From the NCBI GenBank assembly GCA_010909165.1, contig MU008196.1, positions 620,001 to 684,000 on the forward strand: 64,000 bases of DNA, written 5' to 3'. The position numbers and the translations under genes were made by a program. Positions 49,081 through 63,200 of the stretch are shown piece after piece; position 1 is the first letter of the stretch; each line of letters begins with the position of its first letter. The stretch is from Anthoceros angustus (lineage: Eukaryota > Plantae > Anthocerotophyta). The notes below the pieces were generated by a model. The model saw nothing but the letters and a program-made list of their open reading frames with translations. It did not search any database and was not told where the DNA came from.

Positions 49081-49494
49081 GTGAGCAAAGCAGAATGTCA
49101 TTAGTTGATTTCTTTCATCCGGCTTGGTGATTGGATGAAGCCTTATTGTGTTATGTGATCGCCACACTTGTCGGAACTCTTTTCTGCTTATATCGTGGGA
49201 GTACACTTTCTATTATGAAGTCAATTTTCAAGATATTTTCAAGCTTATCAATTAACTCCTAATTGCAACTAAGTGAGAGTAATGGAATATAGCTTATTTT
49301 GGAATAAATATGTGTTAAAACATAATAGTTATTTCAGTTACAATTAAATTAGGTTTAGTTTTATTATTCGTTAATTAATAACCATCAATAACCGTTTTTG
49401 TATAAGACCCTTTTTTTGTGTGTAATTTGTATCATCTTACGATTCCAACTTGCTCTTGTCCCTCTTGCTTACCTCTCCCACGATCTTCACACAT

Positions 49495-50410
49495 GGCCAG
49501 CAACAGCCTGGACTTCATTTCCTCAATAACAAATCTGCTAGCAAAGAAGTTTAAGATGTCAGATCTTGGCCCTCTTCAAAGCTGCCTTGGTATTCACATT
49601 CAGCGAAATCGGGAGAAGAGGGTGCTTACCTCAACTTAGCCTAGATATCTCTTGGAGAGTGCAGAGCAGCTTGGACTCAAGGATGCAAAGGCTGCTGCCA
49701 CACCACTTCCAAGTGGGTTGAAGCTAAGTAGAGAGATGTCTCCTGTCACACAATCTGCGAAGGATGACATGAGGAATGTACCCTATCGACAGGGCATTGG
49801 CAAACTCATCTATGCTGCCAACACTACACGCCCTGAGGTAGCATTTTCCACAAGTGCATTGTTGCAGTATTTGGAAAATCCTGGACAGACCCACTGGACA
49901 TGTGTCAAAAGAGTCTTTAGATATATGAAGGGCACATCTAATAGAGGCATAGTATATGCACACAAGGAGGGTGTAGCACCGACTCGAGGTTTACACGCAC
50001 TTCGATTACGAGGACATCGAATAATACCCACTAGGCCGTTTCAGCTTTTAGCGGCCCTATTTGCTGGTCGAGTAAGGTAACAGCCAACAACAAGGCTCCT
50101 CAAGTATGCAAGCTGAAAGGTAGTGCTTAAAGAACTTGCAAAGGAGGTGATTTGAAGCCGCTCTTCTCGTAGCTTGGGATCCACCACCAACCCGCATCAC
50201 GATCAAAAATGCATAAACTGTGCTCAATATCGTTAGCGTAAAAATCGTGTTTCATTCAAGAAACCAAAACATGGAGCATCACCGATACGAGAACCTGCCG
50301 CGGTGCACAATTACTTTAGAATACGTCCCCACCAGGAAACCCATTAGATATTCTCACAAAAGCTCTAGGAAAGGAGCTACGAAAACATGTGAAGAGTTTA
50401 GGGCTAGGAG
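49495..50410 (+). pseudogene. Second Ty1/copia RT C-terminus/RNase H fragment
   Basis: KKFKMSDLG...LGIHIQRNR, VPYRQGIGKLIY...TRPEVAF...KRVFRYMKGT and FHSR..H. Confidence 0.88.
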
Positions 50411-50592
50411 ACTCCTCGGAGTTCCTAGGCCACAGCAAGTCCTCCTAAGCTCACATGGCTCTAGTAGCATGCACTAAAGCTATCAGAAGCATAGTCAGAG
50501 GAAACATATGTCTCTTTGGTGCGCATGGAAAGTGATCCATAGGTGGATGTTTCTGATGAGAATCACGCATAAAACACACTTGCAAAGAGCAT

Positions 50593-50822
50593 TGTAGGAT
50601 TGCATTAATTATAATAGAAAGTACAATGCCTTAAATAGGCAGGGTGGTGGCAACCACTTATTGTTGCAACCATAAGTTGTTGTAACCATAAGTAGTTACA
50701 ACTATAAGTTGTTGTAACAACTAACAACTAACTACCTAAGCAACTAATCCTTGTCCTAGGTATTAAATAATGTTAATGAATAGTGCCCTAAACCTTGTGT
50801 ATTTCATCACTCCCACTCACTA
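50593..50822 (-). repeat. Short LTR with adjacent polypurine tract
   Basis: TG...CA at 50593-50809, followed by CTCCCACTCACT (minus-strand PPT). Confidence 0.6.
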
Positions 50823-50949
50823 TGAAATAGGGGTGAAAACTAGCTTCAAAATGAGTCCTAATAGGCTAGTGGACTCCCACTAGGTAGGAAGTTAGAAGCT
50901 AATTCAGAAAAGCATAAAATATTAAGCTAATGAAATTGATTAACCTAAT

Positions 50950-53900
50950 TAAGAATGAACTAAAGAAATTTTGGTGAAACAAAATCGCTTTGAAAATAAA
51001 CTTAAGTGAATGTGCGGTGTATGTCCATCCCTCCCACCCCACGCACATATAATAAGGAGGGGAGGGGAGGGCATGGCGCTATAACCACCTTCCGCCTCCG
51101 CCGGCAATAAGGTGCTACGCATGAAGTGCGTGGGTAAGGAGCATCATGGCTGCGCGGCCGCACACGCAAGATGTTATAACACGCGCATTGCACACGCTGC
51201 CGCCCACAAGAGCTGCATGGGCGGATTGGCAGCAAGACACTTGAGAGTGCACGCTAATCTCTTGCAAATTGCTCCCAGAACCAAGAAATTTCAAAGGTTT
51301 GTCCCTCCGACCGCAATCGAGAAGGCAGCCTGTGAGGCTCCCACTTGGGAGGACGCCCTCACGATGATGGTGGTGCCATAAATTGCTGGTCCTAAGTGTG
51401 ATGCGCAGACGATTGGAGAATCACGCCTGGAAAGATTCCCCGAAGTCGGCGGAGCCATCCGATGCTCCATGGAGTGGTCGGCGGAACCACATGAAGCTGG
51501 TGGAAATGAAAAGAGCCAACTGGGCCGTTCAAAATTGCTCGAGAGGATGCAGACTCCGCCCGCCATCGCCGGTGTATACGCCATCTGGTCCTATGTATGC
51601 CCATTCATGTTTATCTCTCCTCCTCGCACTCGAGAATGATGATCCCGCAGAATAGAAGATCCAGCTCCCCATATTGTAGAAATAAGCACGATGAAAGGCA
51701 TTGTGAGGCACCATGAGATGAAGCCGAGGGCCCATCAAGGAAGCCCATCCTCGCAGCGGTGGTGCGCAGAGATATCGTGGCGTATGTTGAACACATCAAG
51801 AAATGGCCAAATATGCAAAAGTACGATGTCCTAGATCTGCTCTTAATATCGAAACAAAATCATTAATGTCGAAATAAATAGGATGCCGGATGTGCGGTGA
51901 TATGAAACAGAGGATGATGGAAATGGAAGCACAGGAGAGGATGGATAAAGGTATCCAAGAGAAAATTGGAAGAATAATCAAGGTGAGAGTAAGAAGAAGT
52001 GGTAAACTCAATATCAAAATTAAAGTTTTATGTGATAAGTGAAAACTAAAGCATGATTATTGTGATTAGGTAAGGAGAAGTGCGAGATATTAGAGGATTA
52101 GCTAGCTGTCCCTACGAGACCTAACAAGTGCTAGAAAGGACAAGTATGACATACCCGAGGTAGTATTGCCACCACTAAAATTCTAATTGAAAATGTTAAT
52201 CTATCCCGGGATATAGAGAATGCAGATACCGGAAGAATATGTATGCTTAGTGAAACGGGAATCCATATGGTGTGGATTGGTTATGAGCCATGTAAGGAGT
52301 ACAAGGGCCATGTGAAGCGCACATATTGTGAGTATGAAACAAAACTAAAAGTTAGTAAAAAGTATGTGAATTTTTAAAACTTAAATACTAAAAATTGATC
52401 AGGTTCAATGTGGGCACTCAGCGAGGAAGAGATGACATATGCAGAAGATTCTCTAGAGATAGATAATGAACTGAATTATTTAGACAAAATACTAGACCTC
52501 TAGAAAAATGAAGGTAGATTTAGGATGATTTGGGCTTGATGTCTAAGACCCCTAAACTCTTCATATATGCTTGCTATGTAAATCTCTTCCTACCTCACAC
52601 AACTATCCTCCTCCAAGGATGTTATGAGTTTGATGATCAAGTACTGTGAATAACTTCCATAACCTTAAGATACGAGGAATCGACACCATCGAACATCATA
52701 TTAGTTCATTTCGCATGGCAAGATCCCAACTTGAAGCTGCTTCCAATTCCAAACTCTACGAGTTATCGTGTTTTTTTGCATCGTGCTATCCTCCCTTCCA
52801 TCCTCCTATAGATCATTTGTGACACAACTCAAAATGTCAGGATTAAGAATGAACTAAAGAAATTTTGGTGAAACAAAATCGCTTGAAAATAAACTTAAGT
52901 GAATGTATATGTCCATCCCTCCCACCCCCGCACATATAATAAGGAGGGGAGGGGGGAGGGGAAGGCATGGCGATTCACATAACCACCTTCCGCCTCGCGC
53001 CCTGGGAATACTGATAGGCTATGGCGGCGAGGGAGTAGCATCCAGCCACGCAGACACGCCAGCAAGACGTTGCTGCACGCCGTTACTGTGCCACAAAGCA
53101 GTGGCATGGGCGTGGGATTGGCCGCGAGCACACTTGAGGAGAGTGCAGCGGCCAATCTCTTGCAAATTGCCTGCAACCAAGAAATTTCAAAGAAATTTGT
53201 CCCTCGACACACACTGCGGAGAAGGCAGCCTGTGAGGCTCCTACTTGGGAGGACGCCTGTGTATGATGGTGCTGCCACCGGCTGGTCCAAGTGTGATGCA
53301 GGCGGGCATTGGAGAAATCGCTTGCGGTGGAAAGATTCCTCGAAGTGGGCGGAGCCATGCGATGCTCGATGGAGTGGTCGATGGAACCAATATGAAGTCA
53401 GTGGAAATGAAAAGAGCCAGTTGCTCAAAATTGTCGAGAGGATGCAGACTCCGCCATCGCTTAGCCTCGCCATCTGGTCCTATGTGTATGCCCATTCATG
53501 TTTATCTCTCCTCCTCAGACTCGGAGAATGATGATCCTGCAGAGAATAGAAGATCCAGCTCCCCATATTGTAGAAATAAGCAGACGATGAATGCTGATTG
53601 TGAGGCACCAGTAGATGAAGCCGGGAGGGCCTACTGCGAAGGAAGCCCATCCTGGCAGGCACGTGTGGTGCGCAGAGATATCGTGGCAGATGTTGAACAC
53701 ACTGAAGAAATGGCCAAATATGCAGCTAGTACGATGTCCTAGATCTGTTCTTAATATCAGCAAACAACTTATTAATGTCGAAAATAAATAGGATGCTGGA
53801 TGTGCAGGATATGAACAGAGGATGATGGAAATGGAAGCACAGGAGAGGATGGATAAAGGGTATCCAAGAGAAAATTGGAAGAAAGAAAATAATCAAGGTG

Positions 53901-54755
53901 AGAGTAAGAAGAAGTGGTAACTCGAATATCAAAATTAAAGTTTTATGTGATAAGTGAAAACTAAAGCATGATTATTGTGATTAGGTAAGGAGAAGTGCGT
54001 GGGCATTAGAGGGATTAGGCTAGCTGTCCCTACGAGACCTAACAGTGCTAGAAAGGACAAGTATGACATACCCGAGGTAGTATTGCCAACAGCCACCCTA
54101 ATCGAAAATGTGTACCTAATCTATCCTGGGGATATAGAGAATGCAGATACCCCGGAAGAATATGTATGCTAGGAAACGGGAATCCATATGGTGTGGATTG
54201 GTTATGAGCCATGTAAGGAGTACAAGGGCCATGTGAAGCGCACATATTGTGAGTATGAAACAAAACTAAAAGTTAGTAAAAAGTATGTGAATTTTTAAAA
54301 CTTAAATAAATACTAAAATTGATCAGGTTCAATGTGGCACTCATGAGGAAGAGATGACATACGTAAGATTCTCTAGAGATAGATAATGAACTGAATTATT
54401 TAGACAAAATACTAGACCTCTCTAGAAAATGAAGGTAGATTTAGGATGATTTGGGCTTGATGTCTAAGACCCTAAACTCTTCATATATGCTTGCTATGTA
54501 ACTTTCCTACCTCACACAACTATCCTCCTCCAAGGATGTTATGAGTTTGATGATCAAGTACTGTGAATAACTTCCATAACCTTAAGATACGAGGGAATCT
54601 GACACCATCGAACATCATATTAGTTCATTTCGCATGGCAAGATCCCAACTTGAAGCTGCTTCCAATTCCAAACTCTACGAGTTATCGTGTTTTTTTGCAT
54701 CGTGCTATCCTCCCTTCCATCCTCCTATAGATCATTTGTGACACAACTCAAAATG
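50950..54755. repeat. ~1.9-kb tandem duplication of TE-internal sequence ending in copia gag
   Basis: 50950-52835 is repeated at 52840-54755. Confidence 0.88.
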
Positions 54756-56055
54756 TTGTCTTGAAGAATAGAATATGAACAAGTATGGTACACGGATACT
54801 TTGGACATAAGTGTAAATGAGTTGATTGGAGCATTGATCACAGTGAGGAGGTCAAATCGACGCTCATGACTCCCGATCTAGCTGGGCAGAAGTGATGTAC
54901 CTAGAAGAGGCATCGAAGAGGTCGCTTGAGGCCGAAGAGGACCTCCTTCTATTAGGACTGCCAATTCCTCACCCAGCTTTCACAATGGAGCTTCTTCGTC
55001 TTCTTCCACACCTGCAAGAGGTATCAAGAAGACGGGCACTATTTGCAGTTGGTGCAGAATACCAAATCACATGGAGAAGGACTGCAGAAAGAAGAAGAGT
55101 GGTGAGCCAAGGAAAGAGGCATCACCAGGCGCAGCGCACATGTTGGCTGTGAAGAAACCCTCTTCATCAACTCCTTCATACGCACTTCACAAGAGCTTTC
55201 TGGCCTCATCCAAGCCTTCTAATCTTTACTAATACTTGGATAGTGGAGCTAACTCACACATCTGTCATAACAAAAACTCTTTTGAGTCTTATTCCCCAAT
55301 CACAGAACACCGGTTTGTTCTTTTGGGAGATGATCACAACCTCCAATAATTGGCCGTAGGTTCGAGTTGTCACGAAATATCGAGGATGTTCCCTACATGT
55401 GTCGACTTCCACTTATGTCATGTCCTTCATGTACCAGCCATGTGTAAAAATCTAGTCTTTGGCCTCTAGTTTGTGTCACGACCACTACTATACTATGGCG
55501 GCAAGTCACATTCCTTTTCGCGGATAGTTGTCTTATTTCTTTTTGTTCCAATGGAAAGTCACATGTCATGCGCCTTAGGGCAACAGGGGAGGATGGGCTA
55601 TATAGACTTTCAACCCAAGTGGGTCGCATGACACATTCCACAAATGTAAAGGCGTCCCACAATTCCACTCCCATCGTGAGCTCATACCATGTTATGGTAT
55701 TGTCGTCCTTAGTCATCCCAATAGCCAAAAATTAATACAAATGTCCTGGGCATGACACCTCCTATAGATCACCACACTTCCTCACATACAACACACCTTC
55801 CTTGGTGAGCCTTAATATTGTGCAAGCGACATCAAGCTCCTTTTCGTAACATCTCTCCTAGGGCTACATCACCTCGCAGCTTGTTCACATGCACATTTGT
55901 GGCCCTATCTCTACATACCTTCTTCGCGGTAGCGAGTATATTTTTGACCTTCATTGACGACTACTCCCGCTTCACTTACTTACTTATCCTCAATCACAAG
56001 GTGATACTTATCATTTTTGTATGGATTATATGGCCCGGGCGAGAGATTATCAGAT
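54515..56055 (+). pseudogene. Ty1/copia gag-protease-integrase fragment
   Basis: SSKDVMSLM gag (related to 39520-39610), CSWCRIPNHMEKDCRKK knuckle, YLDSGANSHIC protease and ICGP...LTFIDDYSRFT integrase. Confidence 0.88.
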
Positions 56056-56060
56056 AAGAA

Positions 56061-57915
56061 TGTCACACTGACAACCCCACGACACAAGTGTGTGAACGCT
56101 TAGTTCACTTAGCTAGGGTAATTCCATGGCATTATCCGGAATAACAATGCCGAGATAATTCAATATAAAGCAAGGGGAGTTAGTTGAGCCTCCGTCTGGC
56201 AGTATAGTTAGTGGAACCCGTCTCGGCAGAACGTACGGACGCGGGCCGTTTGACCAACGGACCGGTACAAGAGACATCCCAAGATCAACAAGCGGCTACC
56301 TCCGATCGAGTCCTCGCTCAAGCCTCACGCCGGGTCTGCAGCGACATTTGGTATCGAGCCTCTCACGATCCATGCACGCTGGAGCAGGTAGGTTGCCGCA
56401 ATGACGCGCGGATCCGGGCGGGCCCAGAGAAACCCACGATGAGCGATTGCGTTCCAATCGAAGTCAATCGTAGAAGCCCCGCGAGCGATGAAGAACTGGT
56501 CAAGGGATTGGTGGTGACCGGTCCTGAGGAGACTTCCCACCAGGCCCTCGATGGAGGGACGCCTCCGAGTGTAACCTAGGACAGGAGCTGCGGGAGAGAC
56601 GTAAGAGGCGCAGTGGAGAAATTGCTGCCGATAGCAAGAGCAAGCAGAGTTGGGAGTCGCTTGCCTACCGGGTGCGGGAGGGACACGTGCTGGGGTCGGG
56701 ACTATTGGCAACAACCCGCGACTCATCGGCGGCCCCTTTAAAATGAGGAAGCATCGGATCCTACATCAAGAGAGGTGACAAGCCAATAATGAAAAGACGT
56801 CTGAACCAGAAGGACAACGAATCCAACTTGTTGCACACCGTGCAAGAACATAGTCGGGAGCAATCCTGTGAAGAAATCTCGGGAAGTTTAGAAACGCAAG
56901 AAAAGTGCGAGAGGTGGAAACAAATGATCAATGAGTAGAAGCAAACTGAGGAAAACCAGCCCACCTCGAACGCCAGCTGAGGGCGCCCCACAGCGCTGGG
57001 ACAACCTGAAGCTCACCCCACCCCAACCCGCCCCACTGCACGGCCACCGTCAATTGTCATCCATGCCCAATCGCGAACAACACTCCACCACCACCTTTAG
57101 AAAGTCTAATGAGAGCGAAAAGCGGCCAAGACCTGCAGACACCGCGGCCACTCATGACCGGGTCTGGCCAGCAAAGGATGAAGCCACAGGAAGCTTTTGG
57201 TCGAAGCAGTTACCGGAGAGAAAGATAACCAAGAGATCAAGGCGTTGGCAAGAAGGCTGCAACTCATGCAAGCATTAAAATCGGGAGTCACAACGGGTAA
57301 AGATGAAGATTACCAACGAGAGAGGAAGGTGAACTGCTCAAGTCCCGTGCCCAGCTTGGATCGGATCTCGCAGAGGAAGATTAAACATCCACCTTGACTT
57401 TGGATTGTGAAGGACGACAAGCTGCCTATGATTGGACTCGATAAGACTAAAGATACCGGCACCAAGGAAAAGACGACCATCGAGAATTCGCTTTTGCACC
57501 ATGTCCCTCGAAGGGTACGCATATCGATTGTGGCGGCAGAGTAAACGACAGGTGGAGCTCGGATGGAGGAACCCATCCACCGTGGACCCCTGCTGCTAAC
57601 AAGCTTCTAGAACAATTCCTACCCATCAACCACCTAAGGACCTATATCAAGAGTTTCGGACTATCTCCAACAAGGTACCATTCAAGATTATTGCTAATTT
57701 GCAATTTTACCCTCGATATGCAAGGTCTTGACTAAGAGCGTAAAATCAAGAAATTCGTCGATGGCTCACGATAGGAGATGCAAGTGACGCTACTAACGAA
57801 CCCCCACCGGTGGAGGCAATGAAAGCCGCAAAGGAATTACTTGAGTCAACAAATATAAGTATCAAGGATCGTGGCAAAGACATGATGGTGGAAAGAGGAG
57901 AGGAGAGGAGGAGGC
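56061..57915 (+). mobile_element. Gypsy-like element 5' part (LTR 56061-56346, PBS, degenerate gag) inserted into the copia integrase
   Basis: TGTCAC...GCGACA LTR, then TTTGGTATC-GAGC PBS at ~56349-56359. Gag-like ...KKFVDG...EAMKAAKE near 57750-57845. Confidence 0.7.
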
Positions 57916-57918
57916 AAG

Positions 57919-60250
57919 TGTAACTCTCTCACATTGAGATGAGGCTTGGAGGGTATTTATACCTCCAATAGGCTCCTAGGAAGCTCCACAAGAAGCCCCT
58001 AGGAAGGAGCACAAGAAGCTTCCTAGTGATTAGCTTGCTAAACTAATGATACTTAATCGACACCTAACTTAGACTAAGTGTATTAGTCTAAGTACATTGG
58101 GCTTTAATACCCTTACAACCTCCCACTTAAAGGCCAATTTACCTTAGAGAATGGACTATCTCATGCCCATCGTCCGAGCTTGTGCAAATTGCTCGTAGAG
58201 AGTCCCTTGGTAAGAATATCTCAGGGTTCCGGTGTGAACCTTGACAAGTTGTACCCTCTTGTCATCCAACACCTCTCGAATGAAGTGATACTTCACATCC
58301 ACATGTTTAGTCTTCGCATGAAACATCGGATTCTTTGCCAATTGGATAGCACTGCTATCACAATGCAACACCGGCACTCAACCTTGATCCCCAAGTCTCC
58401 CACTAAACGAGCAAGCCATATGGCTTCCTTGCAAGCCTCTGTCGCAACATACTCGGCCTCGGTAGATAGCGTAATGCACGATCGCAAACGAGATCGCCAT
58501 GAGATCGCCTCCAAAGGTCATGAAGACATAACTCGATGTGGACCTTTTGTCCATATCCTCGATAATCGATCTGTACCCAACCACACATGCATCTTCACTA
58601 AAACATATGCACAAAGCTTTTGTACCATTCGATACCTCATAACTCCTTTTATCGCCTCCCAATGCTTCTTGCCGTGGTTTGACATAAACTCGCTAACCAC
58701 TCCCACGCAAAGGCAATGTCGACGTAGCAATCATTGCATACATCAAACTCCTCAAACCTGATGAGTATGGGACCTTCTCCATTTCTTTGTCCTCCTCGAG
58801 CTTGGGCAATCCGCTTGAAAGTTTCACATATGGAGGCAATGGAGTACCCAATGGCTTCCCTTCCATGTTGAAACGTTGAAGCACTAATGTATTCCGCGAG
58901 ACAACAAAGACGCTTATGTCTTCCGACGAATACGCATGCCAAGTATATGGCTCGCCTCCCAAGTCGTCATTTCAAAGTGAGCATTCAACTTTGACTTCAA
59001 TGAAATCTCATCAAGACTGCTCCCAAAGAATTAGCATATCATCCACATAGAGGATCAAAATGAGCAAGCTTTGATCCTTAGCTTGCTTCAGATAGAGGCA
59101 ATGATCCTCATCGCCACGCTTGTAGCCTTGAGAAAGCATAAATGAGTGGAACTTGTGATACCACTGCCTGCTTCAAACCATAAAGGCTCTTCCTCAACCT
59201 CGCACACCGATGCTCTTTGCCCTTCTCAACAAAACCTTCCGTTGTGCATGTAGACCTCTTGAAGGTCACCATGCAAGAATGCCGTCTTGACATCCATCCG
59301 CATAAGTTCCATATCATTCCCGGCAACCAAAGCAAGAACACATCGCAAAGTTGTCATTTTGACTACGGTGAGAAAATCTCATCAAAGTCAATGCCTTGTT
59401 GCTTGAAACCCTTAGCAACCAATCGTGCCTTGTACTTTGGTTTGCCATCAAGGTATGACCTTCATCTTGTACACCATTTTGTAGAGTGCCTTCTTATCCT
59501 AGGCAACCGAACCAACTCCCAAGTTTGGTTCTTATGCAAATAATTCATTTCGATCGCATGGCCTTCTCCCACTTCTCTTTGTTGCTCATTGACATGGCCT
59601 CTTTGTAAGAAGAGGGTTCCCACAACTGTCACATGACATAATCCAGATGGATCATACCCGCTGTGAGGTGTAATCCCGCCTCGACCTACGGCACGTGCAC
59701 CTCTATAGGTGCTTGTTCGACTCTTGGTTCATCTATCGGTGGAGGAATGTGCTCCGCATTACCACGCTATCAACCCCGCCCATGATGATCATGTCCATCT
59801 TCTTGGAAGATCACCCTTCGCACCTCCACTTGGAGTAGGCTTCCTGCATCTTGTTCTCATTGAAGAACACGTCGTAACAACCTTTCTAGCCTCGGATCCC
59901 ACAAACGGTATCCCATCTCACCAGAATCACCATAGCCAAGAAAAATACATTTCTTGGACTTAGGTGCCAACTTGTCCCAAACTCTTTTGGAACATGGCAT
60001 GCCTCATGCCCAAACACTCGCAGATGCTTGTAGGATGGTTTCTTTCCGCACCATAGCTCCTCGAACCCGCCATCAATTTTTATTAGGAGATCTTAATAAG
60101 ATGAAGCAGAGACACGCCGCCCAAAACCCATTAGGCAATCCGAGTTTGACAACAAACTACGCATCCTCTCCGAATGGTTCTGCTTCATCCGCCACCACAC
60201 CATTTTGTGGAGGAGATACGTGGAGGCAATCTCTTTTGAGATTCATCCTC
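57919..60250 (-). mobile_element. Ty1/copia 3' part: integrase, RT, RNase H, PPT and 3' LTR (57919-58117)
   Basis: LTR TGTAA...TTACA. PPT AAGTGGGAGG. LSTEAEYVA..ACKEAIWL, NPMFHAKTKHVDVKYHFIRE, YVDDM (~59035-59049), KSLYGLKQ and [10 protein letters not shown]. Confidence 0.93.
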
Positions 60251-60299
60251 TAGTTGCCACACTTATCCCATCGGCTGCTTCGCACGCTGGGTTTCATCT

Positions 60300-63200
60300 C
60301 CCCATGACTTGCACCGGCCGATCTTGAGAAACCGCTGCCACCGCAGTTTCCTACACTACCTGCCTTCTAAACAAGCAAGGCGCATGCTCCCTCTACAGAT
60401 ACACCGCCCAGACCGTGTAAATTCACCACGCCCACCTACAACGACACCCCACGATAGGTCCACACCCTACGGCAGAGGGTGAAGGTGCTACACGGGACCC
60501 CCTCACGCTGACTTCACCACCCCGTGATCTTCCACTATTCCTTTCCCATCGCCTTCCCACAATACATCGTCAACCACCAACTCGACCAGGGCCGCTCCCC
60601 GCCCGCCGAATCGCCGCCTCAGACCTACAACCAACAACAAACAATTGTAGGGCCTACCCTCCTACCACTTGTAGGAGAGTTGTAGGAGATCTAGTAATCG
60701 TGGGCCAAGACACCCTCATTCCTACGTGGGGAGGAGACACCTATCCCAACGCACGCAGGGCGATCCTACCACCGTAGGGGTCGCACCGGCGCGCAAAGAT
60801 TACCTCGCCTCAGTTCAAGGCCTCCAACTCTGTGCCCGCGCCCAACTACAACATGGCGCCCACAAAACTCCACACCGGCAGCAGCCCACGACACCTCCGC
60901 CGCCCCGATCTCCGCCTCGGACCTACAACGACATCCCATGTCAGAGGTCCCACCCTCACGGCAGGTCCACGCTCACGCACATAGGGACCCCTACAACAGC
61001 ATGACTTCTCCACCCCGTGATTTTGAGACCTTAGCTCACCTCCCCTCGGTTTGGTGCATTTGGGACCCTCCCTTAGGCTCGACTTGGGCCTCTTCTTACT
61101 CCTAATCTCTACCTACTCCTCTACTCAACATTCAGCTCCACATTCTCCTCAACACTCACCTCAACTCAACTCCTCATCCTCCTAATCTAACCTTACTTCA
61201 AGCTCATGCCCTAGCTGCCCTTATGGCACAACCGCCTGGGTCCGCCACAAGCCAACAAGTTCTTCCTTGGGCGTTGCTATGAGTTTGCACCGAATGAGAA
61301 CCTCCAGGAGTCTTTCCCCGTAGTCTACCCTCAAGCCGAGAGTTCCTTGGGCATCGCCACACACCCAAGCAAAGCAATTTCACAAAGAACCATTCACAAG
61401 GGGAGCAACCGCAGAGGCGCCTGCAAGGAGCGAGCCTCTCCGCCAAGCACTCCGACCACCGCAAACTCCTCTCTACCAGACGCAAGCTTTGCAGCCGCAC
61501 GAAATTCCTTCACAAGGAGCAAAGGACTCATGAGTTTGGGAGCGCAAGACGCGATAATTTTACTTCACAAGCTCCTCCTTTTATAGGGAGGTCCTCACAT
61601 ACCCTGCGCCTCGCACCGCCTCACTCCTTATTCTAGTGTATCCTATCACGACTTTAAGTTCGACATCCAAGCATCTTGGGTAAAATTCTATTCTAGCAAC
61701 TTCACCTATGTGAGCCTTAATGGCTCTGCCAACATTCCTATCTAGCTAGTCAACACACCCCATCTTGACAAGCATTAATGCCTGTCCTCCTCTAAAGAAA
61801 GTCTCCCCAAGCAATGAGCCCACACCCAAGCTACCACCAACCCTTCAATTACCTCTAGATGCCGCCGCACCGCCTCGTGATCCTACGCCAGGATGTAGGG
61901 CCACCTCTACACCTCCTACGAGGGGTCAACTTCTTATGGCCCTACCGCCTCCACGCTCCACGCAAGAAGGTCTCCCGTGAGCGGATCTTGCTCCATGCCT
62001 TCCTCTTCCTCCTCCGAGTCATCCTCACGGCCTTCCATATACTGGATGTGTTGGGCTCTGGGCCCTGCATCCCTGCCTCAAGTTCCTCTTCTCCCTCCCC
62101 CCTAGCAACCAACTTGTTCTTAGGTGCGCGCCACCATCTTGTACCTTCAAAATAATCGCACAAACAAGACAAGCTTGGGCACGCCCACATGCTCGCTTCC
62201 ACCTAGTTGTCACCTCGCCACACACAAGATTTCTTCACTCGCCACACAAATCCACCAAGAGAGCAACTTCAGCCCTTTCCACTTACTTCCTCTTCACTCC
62301 ACCCCACCTAGCTCAAACTTGATGTCCTCACAAGATAACCCTTATGCGCCCAAATCCCTCACTTGCAAGGTCCTAGGCACAAAAATTCAGCGCCTTGCCC
62401 TCTCTACCGTGCTTCAAATCCTTCACACACAACTCCTTATGCACGCACACCCCTTCCTCCTTGCACACGGCACTCTGCTCCCACCAAGTCCTTGCTCTAG
62501 CCTGCATGCACAAGCTCTTCCTCGCGATTCCTCGCAGCTTCCTAGGTGCCACCCCCACACACCCCGCTTGCATGGCCCTTTGGTACACCTGAAACTCTTG
62601 ATATAGGTGCTGATTCCTTGCCATGTGGCACCATTTCCACCGCCCTCGCCCACAAGCCTCCGCCACAACCCCTATTCCCTCACTAGGGAGACACTTCCCA
62701 CCCACACCACCCTACCTCCCGCCACGTAGGGAGACCTCACACTCCCTACCAGGGAGACACCTCATCCCACCCATCTACCTACCTAACCAATGCCCGTAGG
62801 AGCCCCGCCACTCACATCCCACCCATGTAGGGCCACCGGTCACCCTACATACCACAGATCTCACCCCACTTGTCTCCCACATACCCTTATGGACACTCAC
62901 CCCACCACATACATACATGTAGGGACATGGTAGGGTCACCTACCACTACACTGTCTCACCCCCTCCACGCCATTCACCCACACCTACCCGTGCATCCCCC
63001 TACGAGGGGATCACCCTACGTACTACCACCCTACACCTCCTTCTAGGGTCACCCTCCACTCCCTACTCTCATCCTCCGCCCTACACGGGTGCACTCTCAC
63101 CACCCTACCCTCTCCGTCCACTATCACCCTACACCTCCCCTCGTAGTGCACCTCCTCCTGTGAGGGAGTGCCATGCCCACGTCCACTACCACCCTACACC

